DNA of 64,000 nt from Patescibacteria group bacterium (GTDB lineage Bacteria > Patescibacteriota > Minisyncoccia > JAHIHE01 > JAGLIN01): positions 29,612 to 93,611 of the forward strand of contig JBAXYM010000001.1 in the NCBI GenBank assembly GCA_041670805.1, written 5' to 3'. The position numbers were made by a program, and so were the translations under genes. Within the stretch, counting starts at the first letter, position 1. Each line of letters opens with the position of its first letter. The notes under the pieces were generated by a model. The model did no database searches. It was given only the letters and a program-made list of their open reading frames with translations, and had not been told where the DNA came from. Below are positions 8,639 through 17,651 of the stretch, piece after piece.

Positions 8639-9511
8639 ATGGAAGATAAAACCATCAATCCGTACATTGTTTCTGCGGATATCTATCTGTTGATGAAAGG
8701 CTGGGCGAACAGAAGAGGATTCATACTGCCGGAGAAATCTTTCTTTTCTAATCTTCGGGAAAAATTCTCGGAGAGGATGATAGAAATGTTTTCTAGTTTT
8801 GAATTAGTATCGGAAACAGAACTGGTTATAGGATTGGAAAAATTGCTTTGTGAGAGAGGACTTCCAGTCATTTCTTTGGACAGAGCATATTCTAGTAGCA
8901 GTCTCAATCTGGAGGTGTCACGCGTAGTTGACGAAAGCGGCAAAATCGTAGGATTAAAAAATCGTCCTGGCACACCCTCAATCAGGGATCAGGTAGAGCT
9001 GATAAGGCAGAGTGGCGTGCAGGAAGCAACACTGGTGGATGATGTGATCTTTTCCGGTTCACTCATGAAACAGATTATCGAGTGCCTGGAAAAAGAGGGT
9101 ATTCACATACGCTTGGTTTGCGCCGGTATTGGTATAGAAGAGGGGGTAAAAGTCATCGAGAATGTCGGCTGTGAGGTAAGGTGTGTGAGAAGTTATACGG
9201 AAATCATCGACGAAGTGTGCGAAAGGGATTTCTATCCAGGTATTCCCTTTTCAGGAAGATTACTGGCAGGAGAATATAATTTTAGCGCTCCATATGTCCA
9301 TCCATTCGGAGATCCAATCGGTTGGGCATCAATTCCGGTTGAATGTGCGACGGATTTTTCTAGATTTTGTCTTCTTCAGACAATTTCGCTGTTCGAGAAA
9401 GTCGAATCGTGTTCGGGAAAAGAAGTTTTATGTCGGGATTTGGAACGGAAAATTTTGGGACTGCCTGTAGGTGTTGAGCGTTTTGTAGACGCTCTTCACG
9501 GGGTTATTTAA
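8639..9511 (+). CDS. Uncharacterised phosphoribosyltransferase-fold protein
   Basis: PRPP-binding-like motif TLVDDVIFSGSL; strong SD AGGAGG. Confidence 0.6.
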   Translation: MEDKTINPYIVSADIYLLMKGWANRRGFILPEKSFFSNLREKFSERMIEMFSSFELVSETELVIGLEKLLCERGLPVISLDRAYSSSSLNLEVSRVVDESGKIVGLKNRPGTPSIRDQVELIRQSGVQEATLVDDVIFSGSLMKQIIECLEKEGIHIRLVCAGIGIEEGVKVIENVGCEVRCVRSYTEIIDEVCERDFYPGIPFSGRLLAGEYNFSAPYVHPFGDPIGWASIPVECATDFSRFCLLQTISLFEKVESCSGKEVLCRDLERKILGLPVGVERFVDALHGVI

Positions 9512-9707
9512 TAAAGGTATGGCCAGATGAATCAATGTATTTATCGGCCTTTTTTATTTTTTACTATTATTCCCACATTTATCCCTTCGTTTACGCAAAG
9601 TGCGGGGATTTTGGATATTCCACAGCAACGAAGTCCCGGGATACAAGGTAACAGAGAAAATACAAAAACAGACTCTTTAAAAGTCTGTTTTTTGTACCTC
9701 ATTATAA

Positions 9708-10772
9708 TCATTTTATTTCCTTCTTCTTCGCAATGTCCGCCTGGATCAATGCTTCGATAATTTCGTCCAGATTTCCCGCCAGCACGTTCTCAATCTCGTG
9801 CCAGCTTTCTTTGATGCGGTGGTCGGTGATGCGGTCTTGGGGGAAATTGTAGGTGCGGATCTTTTCACTGCGGTCTCCCGTGCCGATTTGGGTGCGTCGC
9901 GCGTCGGTTGCTTCCTTCTCGCGCTTTTCTTCTTCCATCTGCAAGAGGCGGGAACGCAAGATTTGCAGCGCTTTTGCTTTGTTTTTGAGTTGAGACTTTT
10001 CGTCTTGACAGGAGATAACCAAACCGGACGGAATGTGAGTCAGCCGTACCGCCGAATCAGTGGTGTTGACGCTTTGCCCTCCCGGTCCGCTTGAGCGGAA
10101 AACGTCGATTCTGATATCCTCGTTGCGAATCTCAATGTCGGATTCTTCCGCCTGTGCAAGCACTACCACGGTTGCGGTCGAGGTCTGCACCCGTCCTTGT
10201 TTTTCCGTTTTCGGTACGCGCTGGACGCGATGGACGCCGCTTTCGTATTTCATTTTGCCAAACACGTCTTGTCCGTCGATTTCAAAAATAACTTCTTTGA
10301 ATCCGCCCACATCGTTGATGCTGGAATTCAAAACTACGGTTTTCCATCCTTTCTTTTCCGCGTAAAAACCATACATTCGGAAGAGATCGGCGGCAAACAA
10401 TCCGGCTTCGTCTCCGCCCGCTCCGGCGCGGATTTCCACAATGACGTCTTTTTCGTCGCGCGGATCTTTGGGGATAAGCATAGCTTCCAGCTCTTTTTCC
10501 AAATTCTCTTTTCGAACCAAAAGCTTCTCATTGTCTTCTTTGGTCATTGCCAGTAATTCCTCATCGGTTTCCGCGGCCAAAATTTCTTCGTTTTCAGAGA
10601 TGCTTTTTTCCACTTTTATCAGTTCGTCGTATTTTGCAACGATTTCTTTCAATTTGCTTTGTTCTTTACTGAGTTTTTTAAATCTTTCCATGTCGGAAGC
10701 GACATCGGGCTTGCTCAATTCGGACATAATGCCTTCAAAGTCTTTTTTAATTTGTTCCAATTTTTCTTTCAT
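9708..10772 (-). CDS. prfA: Peptide chain release factor 1
   Basis: GGQ motif, PKT specificity loop, [14 protein letters not shown]. Confidence 0.98.
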   Translation of the reverse strand: MKEKLEQIKKDFEGIMSELSKPDVASDMERFKKLSKEQSKLKEIVAKYDELIKVEKSISENEEILAAETDEELLAMTKEDNEKLLVRKENLEKELEAMLIPKDPRDEKDVIVEIRAGAGGDEAGLFAADLFRMYGFYAEKKGWKTVVLNSSINDVGGFKEVIFEIDGQDVFGKMKYESGVHRVQRVPKTEKQGRVQTSTATVVVLAQAEESDIEIRNEDIRIDVFRSSGPGGQSVNTTDSAVRLTHIPSGLVISCQDEKSQLKNKAKALQILRSRLLQMEEEKREKEATDARRTQIGTGDRSEKIRTYNFPQDRITDHRIKESWHEIENVLAGNLDEIIEALIQADIAKKKEIK

Positions 10773-10836
10773 ATTTATATTTTAGATACATAAAACCCCA
10801 TCAAAAAATGGGGTTTGGATATATGCAAAAACGCAG

Positions 10837-11112
10837 CTATTTCTCGGCGTCCTTTTCTTTTTTCGCCAAAGCTTTCTTTTCCTTCTTCACTTTTTTGGAC
10901 ACGACGTCTTCTTGCTTTTTTTCCAGCAATTTCTTGAAGCGATCAACGCGCCCGGTAGAGTCGACAACTTTCTGTTTGCCGGTATAAACAGGGTGGCAAG
11001 CGCCACAAACTTCGACCTTGATCTCGGAAAGAGTGGATTTGGTCACGAAAGTATTGCCGCAAATACACTTCACGGCACATTCCTGATACTTTGGGTGGAT
11101 ATCTTTTTTCAT
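10837..11112 (-). CDS. rpmE: 50S ribosomal protein L31 (Zn-binding type)
   Basis: [29 protein letters not shown]. Confidence 0.97.
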   Translation of the reverse strand: MKKDIHPKYQECAVKCICGNTFVTKSTLSEIKVEVCGACHPVYTGKQKVVDSTGRVDRFKKLLEKKQEDVVSKKVKKEKKALAKKEKDAEK

Positions 11113-11174
11113 ATTATTTCCGTATAAATTAGATTATTTTAAAATAAAAAACCGCCTTTCTTGCTTGCAAATGC

Positions 11175-11203
11175 ATTCTAACAGAGATTTTGGAATTTTG
11201 CAA
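11175..11203 (-). promoter_or_regulatory. rpmE promoter
   Basis: Minus strand TTGCAA-17 bp-TAGAAT. Confidence 0.6.
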
Positions 11204-11241
11204 GAGGGGGCGTTTTTGCGCTTTTGAGGAGGGGTTTTGTA

Positions 11242-11354
11242 GGCAAGGCTGTAATTTCTGGAGTTTTTGCAGTAATGACTCACGGAGGTAATTATGGGTT
11301 TTCTACCTCAGCCTTGCCCTTATGGAGTATAGAACAAAGATTATTCTCTGTCAA
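11242..11354 (-). ncRNA. Candidate small RNA unit 1 (promoter plus stem-closed RNA)
   Basis: TTGACA-17-TATACT followed by GGCAAGGCTG...CAGCCTTGCC enclosing inner hairpins. Confidence 0.55.
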
Positions 11355-11391
11355 TTATTTTGCAAGAGATTTTGCAAGAGAGGACGTTGGG

Positions 11392-11509
11392 TACAAGGCT
11401 GCGTGGAGTGTAGTTCCCTTTTTGGGGTAGTCGGGAACGAACTTTTAGAATATATTTTTTTATCACAGCCTTGCTTTTAAAGTATAGAACAAAGCTTATT
11501 CTCTGTCAA
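11392..11509 (-). ncRNA. Candidate small RNA unit 2
   Basis: Near-identical promoter; closing stem GCAAGGCTGTG...CGCAGCCTTGT; inner hairpin GTTCCC...GGGAAC; interior unlike unit 1. Confidence 0.55.
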
Positions 11510-11569
11510 TTTAAGCGGCGGACTGATCCATCTATACTTCCCGACGCTTATCCATTACTTTCTAAAATC

Positions 11570-11762
11570 TGTCGTCCCGAAATTTGCGCAGCAAATATCC
11601 GGGATCCCGTTACTAAGCTGGTGAAAATGAAATAGAATGCTTACCCTTGCATAGTTACGGGATTCCGGATATTTCGGAGTACCGAAATTCCGGAATGACA
11701 AATAAAAATTGCTTTTACCTTTTCAATTTAGCTAAAAGAAGCGATTTAAAGCGTAGACAAGT
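11570..11762. repeat. Paired palindrome family A (GTC[A/G]TYCCG.. type) with conserved tail
   Basis: GTCGTCCCGAAATTTGCGCAGCAAATATCCGGGATCC ... GGATTCCGGATATTTCGGAGTACCGAAATTCCGGAATGAC. Confidence 0.9.
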
Positions 11763-11792
11763 TAGTTCATCTAAGCTTTTTGTAAAAAATAT

Positions 11793-11951
11793 AAAAAAGT
11801 CGACTAGCGACTGTTATTTTATGATTTGCAGTTCGGATTTAAGAGTGGAGGGAGAAAGAAAACATTTTATTGCTTTTTAATTTTTTCTTTCAGGTTTGTC
11901 TTTTAATCTCGAACTGCATATCAATTTTAGCCCTTTTTTATTTTCTGTCAA
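11793..11951 (-). ncRNA. Candidate small RNA unit 3 (rod-like, with terminator)
   Basis: TTGACA-16-TAAAAT; TGCAGTTCG...CGAACTGCA closing stem; inner GAAAGAAAA/TTTTCTTTC; AGTCG-CTAGT-CGACT hairpin plus T run. Confidence 0.5.
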
Positions 11952-11976
11952 TCTCTTTTTTCAGATTTAGATATCC

Positions 11977-12195
11977 AACCCGCCTGCACTTCTCGATGCC
12001 TATTTTTTGCTCTCTAAAGCTGTCTCGGAATTTGCGCAACAGAAAACCAGCCTTGCATCCGGACCACACCAGAAATGGTGTGAAATATTACGCAAGGATG
12101 TTTTATCCTGCGTGGTTCACACCATTTCTGGTGTGGTCCATAATCCAAAATACATACGGGATTCATTTCTGAGTGCCAAAATTCCAGAATAACAG
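11977..12195. repeat. Composite element: CCCGCCTGCACTT end, family B doublet (12061-12139), degenerate family A
   Basis: GGACCACACCAGAAATGGTGTGAA...TTCACACCATTTCTGGTGTGGTCC; inverse of 58605-58846. Confidence 0.88.
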
Positions 12196-12224
12196 AAAAA
12201 AATGGCAGAGCATCGAAAAATAGC

Positions 12225-12260
12225 AAGTACAGTCCTTTTGATTCCGTAAGGACTGTCCTT
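12225..12260. repeat. Family D palindrome doublet (AAGGAC[A/T]GTCCTT)
   Basis: Nearly the same sequence occurs at 16373-16408. Confidence 0.8.
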
Positions 12261-12346
12261 TAAAGAAAAAGTATTTTTTGGCATAAAGCGCGGTTGCCGG
12301 CTATCGGTTGTTTTTTATCTCCCCTCGGTATTTTGCTTCCCCGCCC

Positions 12347-12535
12347 TTGCAATTCTTAATGTCTGTGCTATACTCCCAGTTAGTAAAGGGTCCGCGAGGA
12401 TCTCTAATTTAAACAGTTAATTTTGCTCTTGTGGCAAAGAGTTTGCAGTCACCGGAAAGGCTTTGTCCTTGTTTCTTTATTTTCCAGAGAAATGAAAAAC
12501 GGTGGTAAGCAGGCACATTAGAAAGGTTTTTAAGA
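12347..12535 (+). promoter_or_regulatory. rpsB promoter and long structured 5' leader
   Basis: TTGCAA-17-TATACT then several hairpins before the ATG; rpsB-tsf leaders mediate S2 autoregulation in other bacteria. Confidence 0.5.
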
Positions 12536-13234
12536 ATGGAAGAAGAAAAGACTAAGATCAACATGATGGATATGCTGAAAGCCGGCGTCCACTTTGGTCA
12601 TAAAAAATCCAAGAAGCATCCTAAAATGGATGAGTATGTTTTTGGTGTCCGCAACGGCATCAGTATTATTGATCTCAGTAAAACCAAAGGCAAATTGGCG
12701 GAAGCCGCGGATTTTGCCAGAAAGATCAGCGAAAAGGACGGAGTGGTTTTATTTGTCGGTACCAAGAGGCAGGCGAGCAAAATCATTGAGGCTGCGGCCA
12801 AGAAGTGCGAGATGCCTTATGTTTCCGAGAGATGGTTGGGCGGGACATTTACCAATTTTGACAAGATTTTAATCGGCAAGAAGCGCTTGGAATCTCTTAT
12901 TGAGGAGCAGGAAAGCGGCGAGTTGGCGAGAAAATATACCAAGAAAGAAGTTCGCGAAATCGAACGCGAGATGAAGAGGCTGGAAATAAAATTCGGCGGC
13001 ATCAGGAAGATCAGTAGGATTCCCGACGCGGTTTTTATCGTGGACATTATCGAAGAGGAGACGGCGGTGCTGGAAGCTTTGGCGAAGAAAGTCCCGATTA
13101 TCGCGATTACCGACACTAACACCAATCCGTCGCACATCAGCCATCCGATTCCCGCCAACGATGACGCAATCCGTTCAATTGAGCTTGTTACCAACGTGAT
13201 TGCCGATGCCATTATTGCCGGGAAGAAAAAATAG
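12536..13234 (+). CDS. rpsB: 30S ribosomal protein S2
   Basis: AGVHFGH, FVGTKRQA, RWLGGTFTN, IPANDDA. Confidence 0.98.
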   Translation: MEEEKTKINMMDMLKAGVHFGHKKSKKHPKMDEYVFGVRNGISIIDLSKTKGKLAEAADFARKISEKDGVVLFVGTKRQASKIIEAAAKKCEMPYVSERWLGGTFTNFDKILIGKKRLESLIEEQESGELARKYTKKEVREIEREMKRLEIKFGGIRKISRIPDAVFIVDIIEEETAVLEALAKKVPIIAITDTNTNPSHISHPIPANDDAIRSIELVTNVIADAIIAGKKK

Positions 13235-13270
13235 TTTGCGGATTATTTTAACAAAATAAGATTTAAATAT

Positions 13271-13858
13271 ATGATTTCAGCCCAAGACGTTAAAAAGCTT
13301 CGCGATATGACCGGGGCCAGTATGATGCAATGCAAAAAAGCGCTGGAAGAAACCGGGGGCGATTTTGACGAAGCGAAGCAGGTGATGCAAAAGAGCGGCT
13401 CAAAGATTGCCGACAAAAAATCGGGTCGAGATACCGCCGAGGGCATCATCGGATCATACATTCACACGGACGGGAAATCCGGCGCGATGGTGGAAATCAA
13501 TTGCGAGACTGATTTTGTGGCGCGCGGTGAAGAATTTCAGGAGTTCGCCCATGATGTTGCGATGCATATTTTGGCAATGAATCCGGTTTATGTCAGTATG
13601 GAAGATGTCGATCCCGCCGTCGTGGAAGCCAAGAAAAAAGAGATTATCGAGAGCGTCAAAGATGAGAACAAGCCGGCCGATATTATCGAAAAAATGATTG
13701 AGGGCAAGCTTAAGAAACATTTTGAGGAAATTTGCCTTTTAACACAGCCCTTTGTCAAGGATCCCGATACGACCGTCGGAGCGCTTTTGACCGCGAAGAT
13801 TGCCAAATTCGGGGAAAATGTAAAGATAAAGAGATTTGTAAAGTTGGAAATCCAATAA
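13271..13858 (+). CDS. tsf: Elongation factor Ts (short form)
   Basis: VKKLRDMTGASMMQCKKAL, EINCETDFVAR. Confidence 0.97.
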   Translation: MISAQDVKKLRDMTGASMMQCKKALEETGGDFDEAKQVMQKSGSKIADKKSGRDTAEGIIGSYIHTDGKSGAMVEINCETDFVARGEEFQEFAHDVAMHILAMNPVYVSMEDVDPAVVEAKKKEIIESVKDENKPADIIEKMIEGKLKKHFEEICLLTQPFVKDPDTTVGALLTAKIAKFGENVKIKRFVKLEIQ

Positions 13859-13885
13859 TTCGCAGATATCTTTAATGAGGGTTTT

Positions 13886-14680
13886 ATGAATATTAACGCT
13901 AAAATATTTAGTTGGGACGACGCGTGCCAGTTCGATACGGGCGGCTGGGATGTCGAGGCGGGGGATACTGTCATCGTCAATTTCGATTCGGGCATAGACA
14001 ATGCGCTGGTTCAGAGAATCAATACGCGTCCGCAGGAGAACAAAGAAATCTCCCACATTATCCGCAGGGCTAACGCTTCCGACTTGGAAATATGCGAGAG
14101 GAACAGGGAAAAGGAATCCGAGGCGGTCAAACTTTGCCGTGATATGGTAAAAAAACGCAAGCTCTTGATGAAAATCGTCGACGCGCATTTCAGTTTTGAC
14201 GGAGGAAAAGTGACGTTTTCTTTCATAGCTGAAAAGAGGGTAGATTTTCGCGAGCTGGTGAAAGATTTGTCAAAACAATTTCAGCGCTCGATTCGTCTCC
14301 AGCAGATAGGATCTCGCGACGAGGCGAAAGGCAAGGGCGGTTTTGGCGCTTGTGGAAGAAGACTGTGCTGCATGAATTTTTCCGGCGCGCTGCAGAGCGT
14401 CTCCATCGAAGATGCCCGGATGCAGCAAATGGGACAGAGGGGCAGCGACCGTCTCTCCGGTCTTTGCGACCGTTTGCGCTGCTGTCTGAGCTTTGAATCC
14501 GACCAATATCGCCAAGAACTGGAGAATTTTCCGCGCGATCGTCAAGAAGTAAAATGGGGGAACAAAAAAGGCATTGTGGTGGACAAGAACATAATGTTGC
14601 GGCAGGTGACTGTCGAGTTTGAAGACAGAAGCAAAAAGAGACTTTCTCTCGACGAAATAAAATTTACGAAAGAAAGCTAA
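13886..14680 (+). CDS. PSP1-domain RicT/YaaT-like protein
   Basis: RVDFRELVKDL, QIGSRDEAK..GG.G.CGR.LCC, SGLCDRLRCCL. Confidence 0.88.
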   Translation: MNINAKIFSWDDACQFDTGGWDVEAGDTVIVNFDSGIDNALVQRINTRPQENKEISHIIRRANASDLEICERNREKESEAVKLCRDMVKKRKLLMKIVDAHFSFDGGKVTFSFIAEKRVDFRELVKDLSKQFQRSIRLQQIGSRDEAKGKGGFGACGRRLCCMNFSGALQSVSIEDARMQQMGQRGSDRLSGLCDRLRCCLSFESDQYRQELENFPRDRQEVKWGNKKGIVVDKNIMLRQVTVEFEDRSKKRLSLDEIKFTKES

Positions 14681-14698
14681 GAAATAAATACAAAAACT

Positions 14699-15778
14699 AT
14701 GGATTTTGATTTACTGCCTCAGTTGATTATAATTTTTTCCATCGCCGGAATCTTATTTATCGTGGGAAGAAATTTTTCGAAGGTAAAAGAAGCCGCCAGA
14801 GAAGAAATTTTTCTTAAAGAGAACGAGAAAGAAAAGAAAGAGAAAGAGAAATTCATATATTTATATAAGAGGGCGGTGCGAAGAATCAATAAGGAAAAAT
14901 ATCAAAAGAAGATGGCGGATTTCTGGGTTTGGTTTGAGAAATTCTTGCGACGGCTCAGAATTGTCGTGCTGAAGCTGGACAGCCGGATGTCTTTGGTGCT
15001 GGAGCGGTTGCGAAAAAAGAATGCGCGGTCTATTGAAAATTTGAAAGAGATGGCGACTGCGACGGAAAAGAACATGCGCAAGAGCAAAGAAATGGAAGAA
15101 CTGTCGGGATTTTTGAGCGGCAAGGGGACATATGGCAAGCGGAGAAAAATGTGGAAGAATCCCTCTGTGAACTTGGAAGAAAAAACCGAAGAGAGTTTGG
15201 CGGATACGAACAAGAGTATGAATTCATCCGTCGATGACGCGGCAAAAATTGAAATCGCAGATTCGCCCCTTGTCCTTTCCGAGGATTTGGTTTTGGAAAA
15301 AGAAAATGGCGCTGTCGAAGTTTATTATGCCGAGACCGAGGAAATTGCGGTTGCTGAGATTGAAAACGTCATCGAGACTTTGCCGGAAGATGCAAGAAAA
15401 GAAACTGTTGCAAAAGAAGATATTGCCAATATCCAAGATGAGATGGAAAAACCGGAGGAGATAGAATCTTTCGAGGCGGTTATGACTGAAGCGAGCGAAA
15501 AGAATGAAAAGGATGAGGAAAACAATATAGGCACGGCAGAGAGCGCCGACGAAGAAAAGGTCAGAACCAAAAGAGAGCAAGAGTGCATTGAGATTCTCAT
15601 GAAAGATCCTGCGGACATTAAGGCTTATTGGCGGTTGGGACTTATTTATTCCAAGCGTCGCAATTACGAGGATGCCCTGGCGTGTTTTCGCCAGATTGTG
15701 AAGATTGACCCCTCTTACACCAAAGCCAAACAGAAGGCTATTGAGCTTATGGAAAAGATGAAAAAGAAAGGCAAGTAG
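14699..15778 (+). CDS. Membrane-anchored protein with acidic linker and C-terminal TPR
   Basis: N-terminal TM; DPADIKAYWRLGLIYSKRRNYEDALACFRQIVKIDP. Confidence 0.75.
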   Translation: MDFDLLPQLIIIFSIAGILFIVGRNFSKVKEAAREEIFLKENEKEKKEKEKFIYLYKRAVRRINKEKYQKKMADFWVWFEKFLRRLRIVVLKLDSRMSLVLERLRKKNARSIENLKEMATATEKNMRKSKEMEELSGFLSGKGTYGKRRKMWKNPSVNLEEKTEESLADTNKSMNSSVDDAAKIEIADSPLVLSEDLVLEKENGAVEVYYAETEEIAVAEIENVIETLPEDARKETVAKEDIANIQDEMEKPEEIESFEAVMTEASEKNEKDEENNIGTAESADEEKVRTKREQECIEILMKDPADIKAYWRLGLIYSKRRNYEDALACFRQIVKIDPSYTKAKQKAIELMEKMKKKGK

Positions 15779-15837
15779 CATTTTGGAAAAGGGTTGGCAA
15801 AATAAAAAAAGTAGTTTATACTGTTTAAGTGTTTTAA

Positions 15838-15912
15838 GCCGGCTTAGCTCAGCGGTAGAGCAACTGTTTTGTAAACAGTAGGTCGTCAGTTCGAATCCGA
15901 CAGCCGGCTCCA
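15838..15912 (+). tRNA. tRNA-Thr(TGT)
   Basis: Cloverleaf GCCGGCT...AGCCGGC-T-CCA; anticodon loop TT-TGT-AA; GTTCGAATC. Confidence 0.95.
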
Positions 15913-16013
15913 GATAATCACAAACCAACAACCGACAATTTATAACAAAATGCAGAATGTCTGAAAATTTGTGTTTGTTGTCAGTTATAAGTTTACCAGT
16001 TATCAGTTGTTTT

Positions 16014-16089
16014 GCCGTTGTAGCTCAGTTGGTAGAGCAGCTCCATGGTAAGGAGCAGGTCAGCAGTCCGAATCTGCTCAACGGCTCCA
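16014..16089 (+). tRNA. tRNA-Thr(GGT)
   Basis: GCCGTTG...CAACGGC-T-CCA; loop AT-GGT-AA; T-loop reads TCCGAAT. Confidence 0.92.
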
Positions 16090-16121
16090 AGAGAGAGTAT
16101 ATTTATTTAATTTAAAAGAAT

Positions 16122-16283
16122 ATGTCACAAGATAATCTGGTCAGAGTACAATGCACTGAGTGCAAGAAAGGGATCTACAACACTTTCAAAAACAAGAAAA
16201 AGATCAAGGAAAAATTGGAACTTTTGAAGCACTGCGCTTTCTGTCGCAAACATACCAAACACATTGAGTTGAAGGGCAAGTAA
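16122..16283 (+). CDS. rpmG: 50S ribosomal protein L33 (Zn-binding type)
   Basis: Manual translation MSQDNLVRVQCTECKKGIYNTFKNKKKIKEKLELLKHCAFCRKHTKHIELKGK; below the ORF-track cutoff. Confidence 0.93.
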   Translation: MSQDNLVRVQCTECKKGIYNTFKNKKKIKEKLELLKHCAFCRKHTKHIELKGK

Positions 16284-16372
16284 TTGTCCGACGTAAAACA
16301 CGAGCGACCTTTATGTGTCGTTTTTGTTTTTGTATTGAGCTGGAATCCTTTTGCGATATAAGTTTATAAAGT

Positions 16373-16408
16373 AAGGACTGTCCTTTTGATTCCGTAAGGA
16401 CAGTCCTT
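16373..16408. repeat. Family D palindrome doublet
   Basis: AAGGACTGTCCTTTTGATTCCGTAAGGACAGTCCTT. Confidence 0.8.
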
Positions 16409-16428
16409 GAATCCATATTACAAAAACC

Positions 16429-16902
16429 ATGCAAGAAGAAATATCAAAAAGTATACCGCATTTTTTCAACATCAGTCTCAAGCTTATTTTGGAGAATGAG
16501 CAGGGCGAAATTCTCGGACTTAAGTGCGTTAATGAAGGAATCTTGGCCGGTTTTTATGACTTTCCCGGCGGAAGAATAAATTCGGATGAACTGCAAACGC
16601 CACATAAGGAAATTATTGCCAGAGAGATGCAAGAAGAAGTCGGCGGAGAAGTAAAATACGAAGTCGATTTTCGCCCGGTTTCTACCGGCAAATATATTTA
16701 CTATTCCGAGACACTGGGTCGTGATAATTGCATTTTTATGATTTTTTTCAAAGCCAAATATCATGGAGGAAAAATTCGGATTTCAGAAGAGCATAGCGGA
16801 TATAAATGGCTGGACCTCAAATCCGAATCTGCTTCGAAATATTTCACTGGAGGATTTTTGGAGGGAGTAGAAAGATTTTTGAAGGATGACGGTGCCAAAT
16901 AA
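16429..16902 (+). CDS. NUDIX hydrolase
   Basis: DFPGGRINSDE......IAREMQEEVG; ISEEHSGYKW. Confidence 0.88.
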   Translation: MQEEISKSIPHFFNISLKLILENEQGEILGLKCVNEGILAGFYDFPGGRINSDELQTPHKEIIAREMQEEVGGEVKYEVDFRPVSTGKYIYYSETLGRDNCIFMIFFKAKYHGGKIRISEEHSGYKWLDLKSESASKYFTGGFLEGVERFLKDDGAK

Positions 16903-16918
16903 ATGTTTCGTTAAGTGG

Positions 16919-17025
16919 CGTAATAGCAGACTTCAGCCTGCGTAGCTATTCCATGCGGAGAAAATAAACGTATACGAGATTTTGTGGCTTGGGACAACCG
17001 CGCAGGCTAAAGCCATGCTACTCCG
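16919..17025. repeat. Family C GTAG-type REP doublet (REPIN-like)
   Basis: TAGCAGACTTCAGCCTGCG...CGCAGGCTAAAGCCATGCTACTCCG. Confidence 0.85.
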
Positions 17026-17112
17026 TATGACGTCTTAATTCCTTTTTCCTCGCGCCGCAGTCATTTACTTTTATAATCTTTTCAGCTACAATAAATAAGT
17101 ATTTGAAACTAT

Positions 17113-17183
17113 GGGAGCTTAGTTTAGAGGTAGAACTTCGGTCTCCAAAACCGACGGCGGGGGTTCGATTCCCTCAGCTCCTG
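17113..17183 (+). tRNA. tRNA-Trp(CCA)
   Basis: GGGAGCT...AGCTCCT-G; loop CT-CCA-AA; GTTCGATTC; CCA end not encoded. Confidence 0.92.
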
Positions 17184-17276
17184 CATCAGGGAAAGGACAG
17201 TGTCGTGAGGCGCTGTTCTTTGTTTTTTATGTTTTATATAAGATTGATTTTTTCTTTCAAAAATATATAATAAAAA

Positions 17277-17622
17277 TAGGACTTACGCATGTGAAGAACC
17301 CTGTGCGACCGGAGTACCGGACAGCACTGGGCGTCCAGCGGTATTTATTTATCCGAATGAAAACCTGCGGTTTTCAAACTTTCCCTATAAGGTTACCCTG
17401 CAAGTCCTGCGGACATTGCAGGGAGTTGCGAATACTTAAAATTTTCTCAATCTTCAATACTTTCTTTTTCGCGATAGAACCGACCTTTTGTCATTCTGGT
17501 AAGAATCCCTTGATTACTTGTTTAACTGTATACAAGGGATCTTTACAAAGATGACAAAAGGAATGTATCAATGCGGGAATTATAAAAAAGTGATTTTATA
17601 TAGTTCAAACGCGTAAGTCCTG
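17277..17622. mobile_element. MITE-like element with AGGACTTACGC terminal inverted repeats
   Basis: TAGGACTTACGC at 17277 and GCGTAAGTCCTG at 17611; internal hairpins; no transposase ORF. Confidence 0.7.
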
Positions 17623-17651
17623 ATAATATATCAGTAGATAACAATTTTTTT

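Noticed and set aside
15224-15931. 235-aa minus-strand ORF over tRNA-Thr
   Set aside because: Antisense to a tRNA and to the TPR gene.
17113-17183. UGA recoding (code 25 as in Gracilibacteria)
   Set aside because: prfA, murB and other genes end at TGA at expected lengths, and no genes are broken by TGA.
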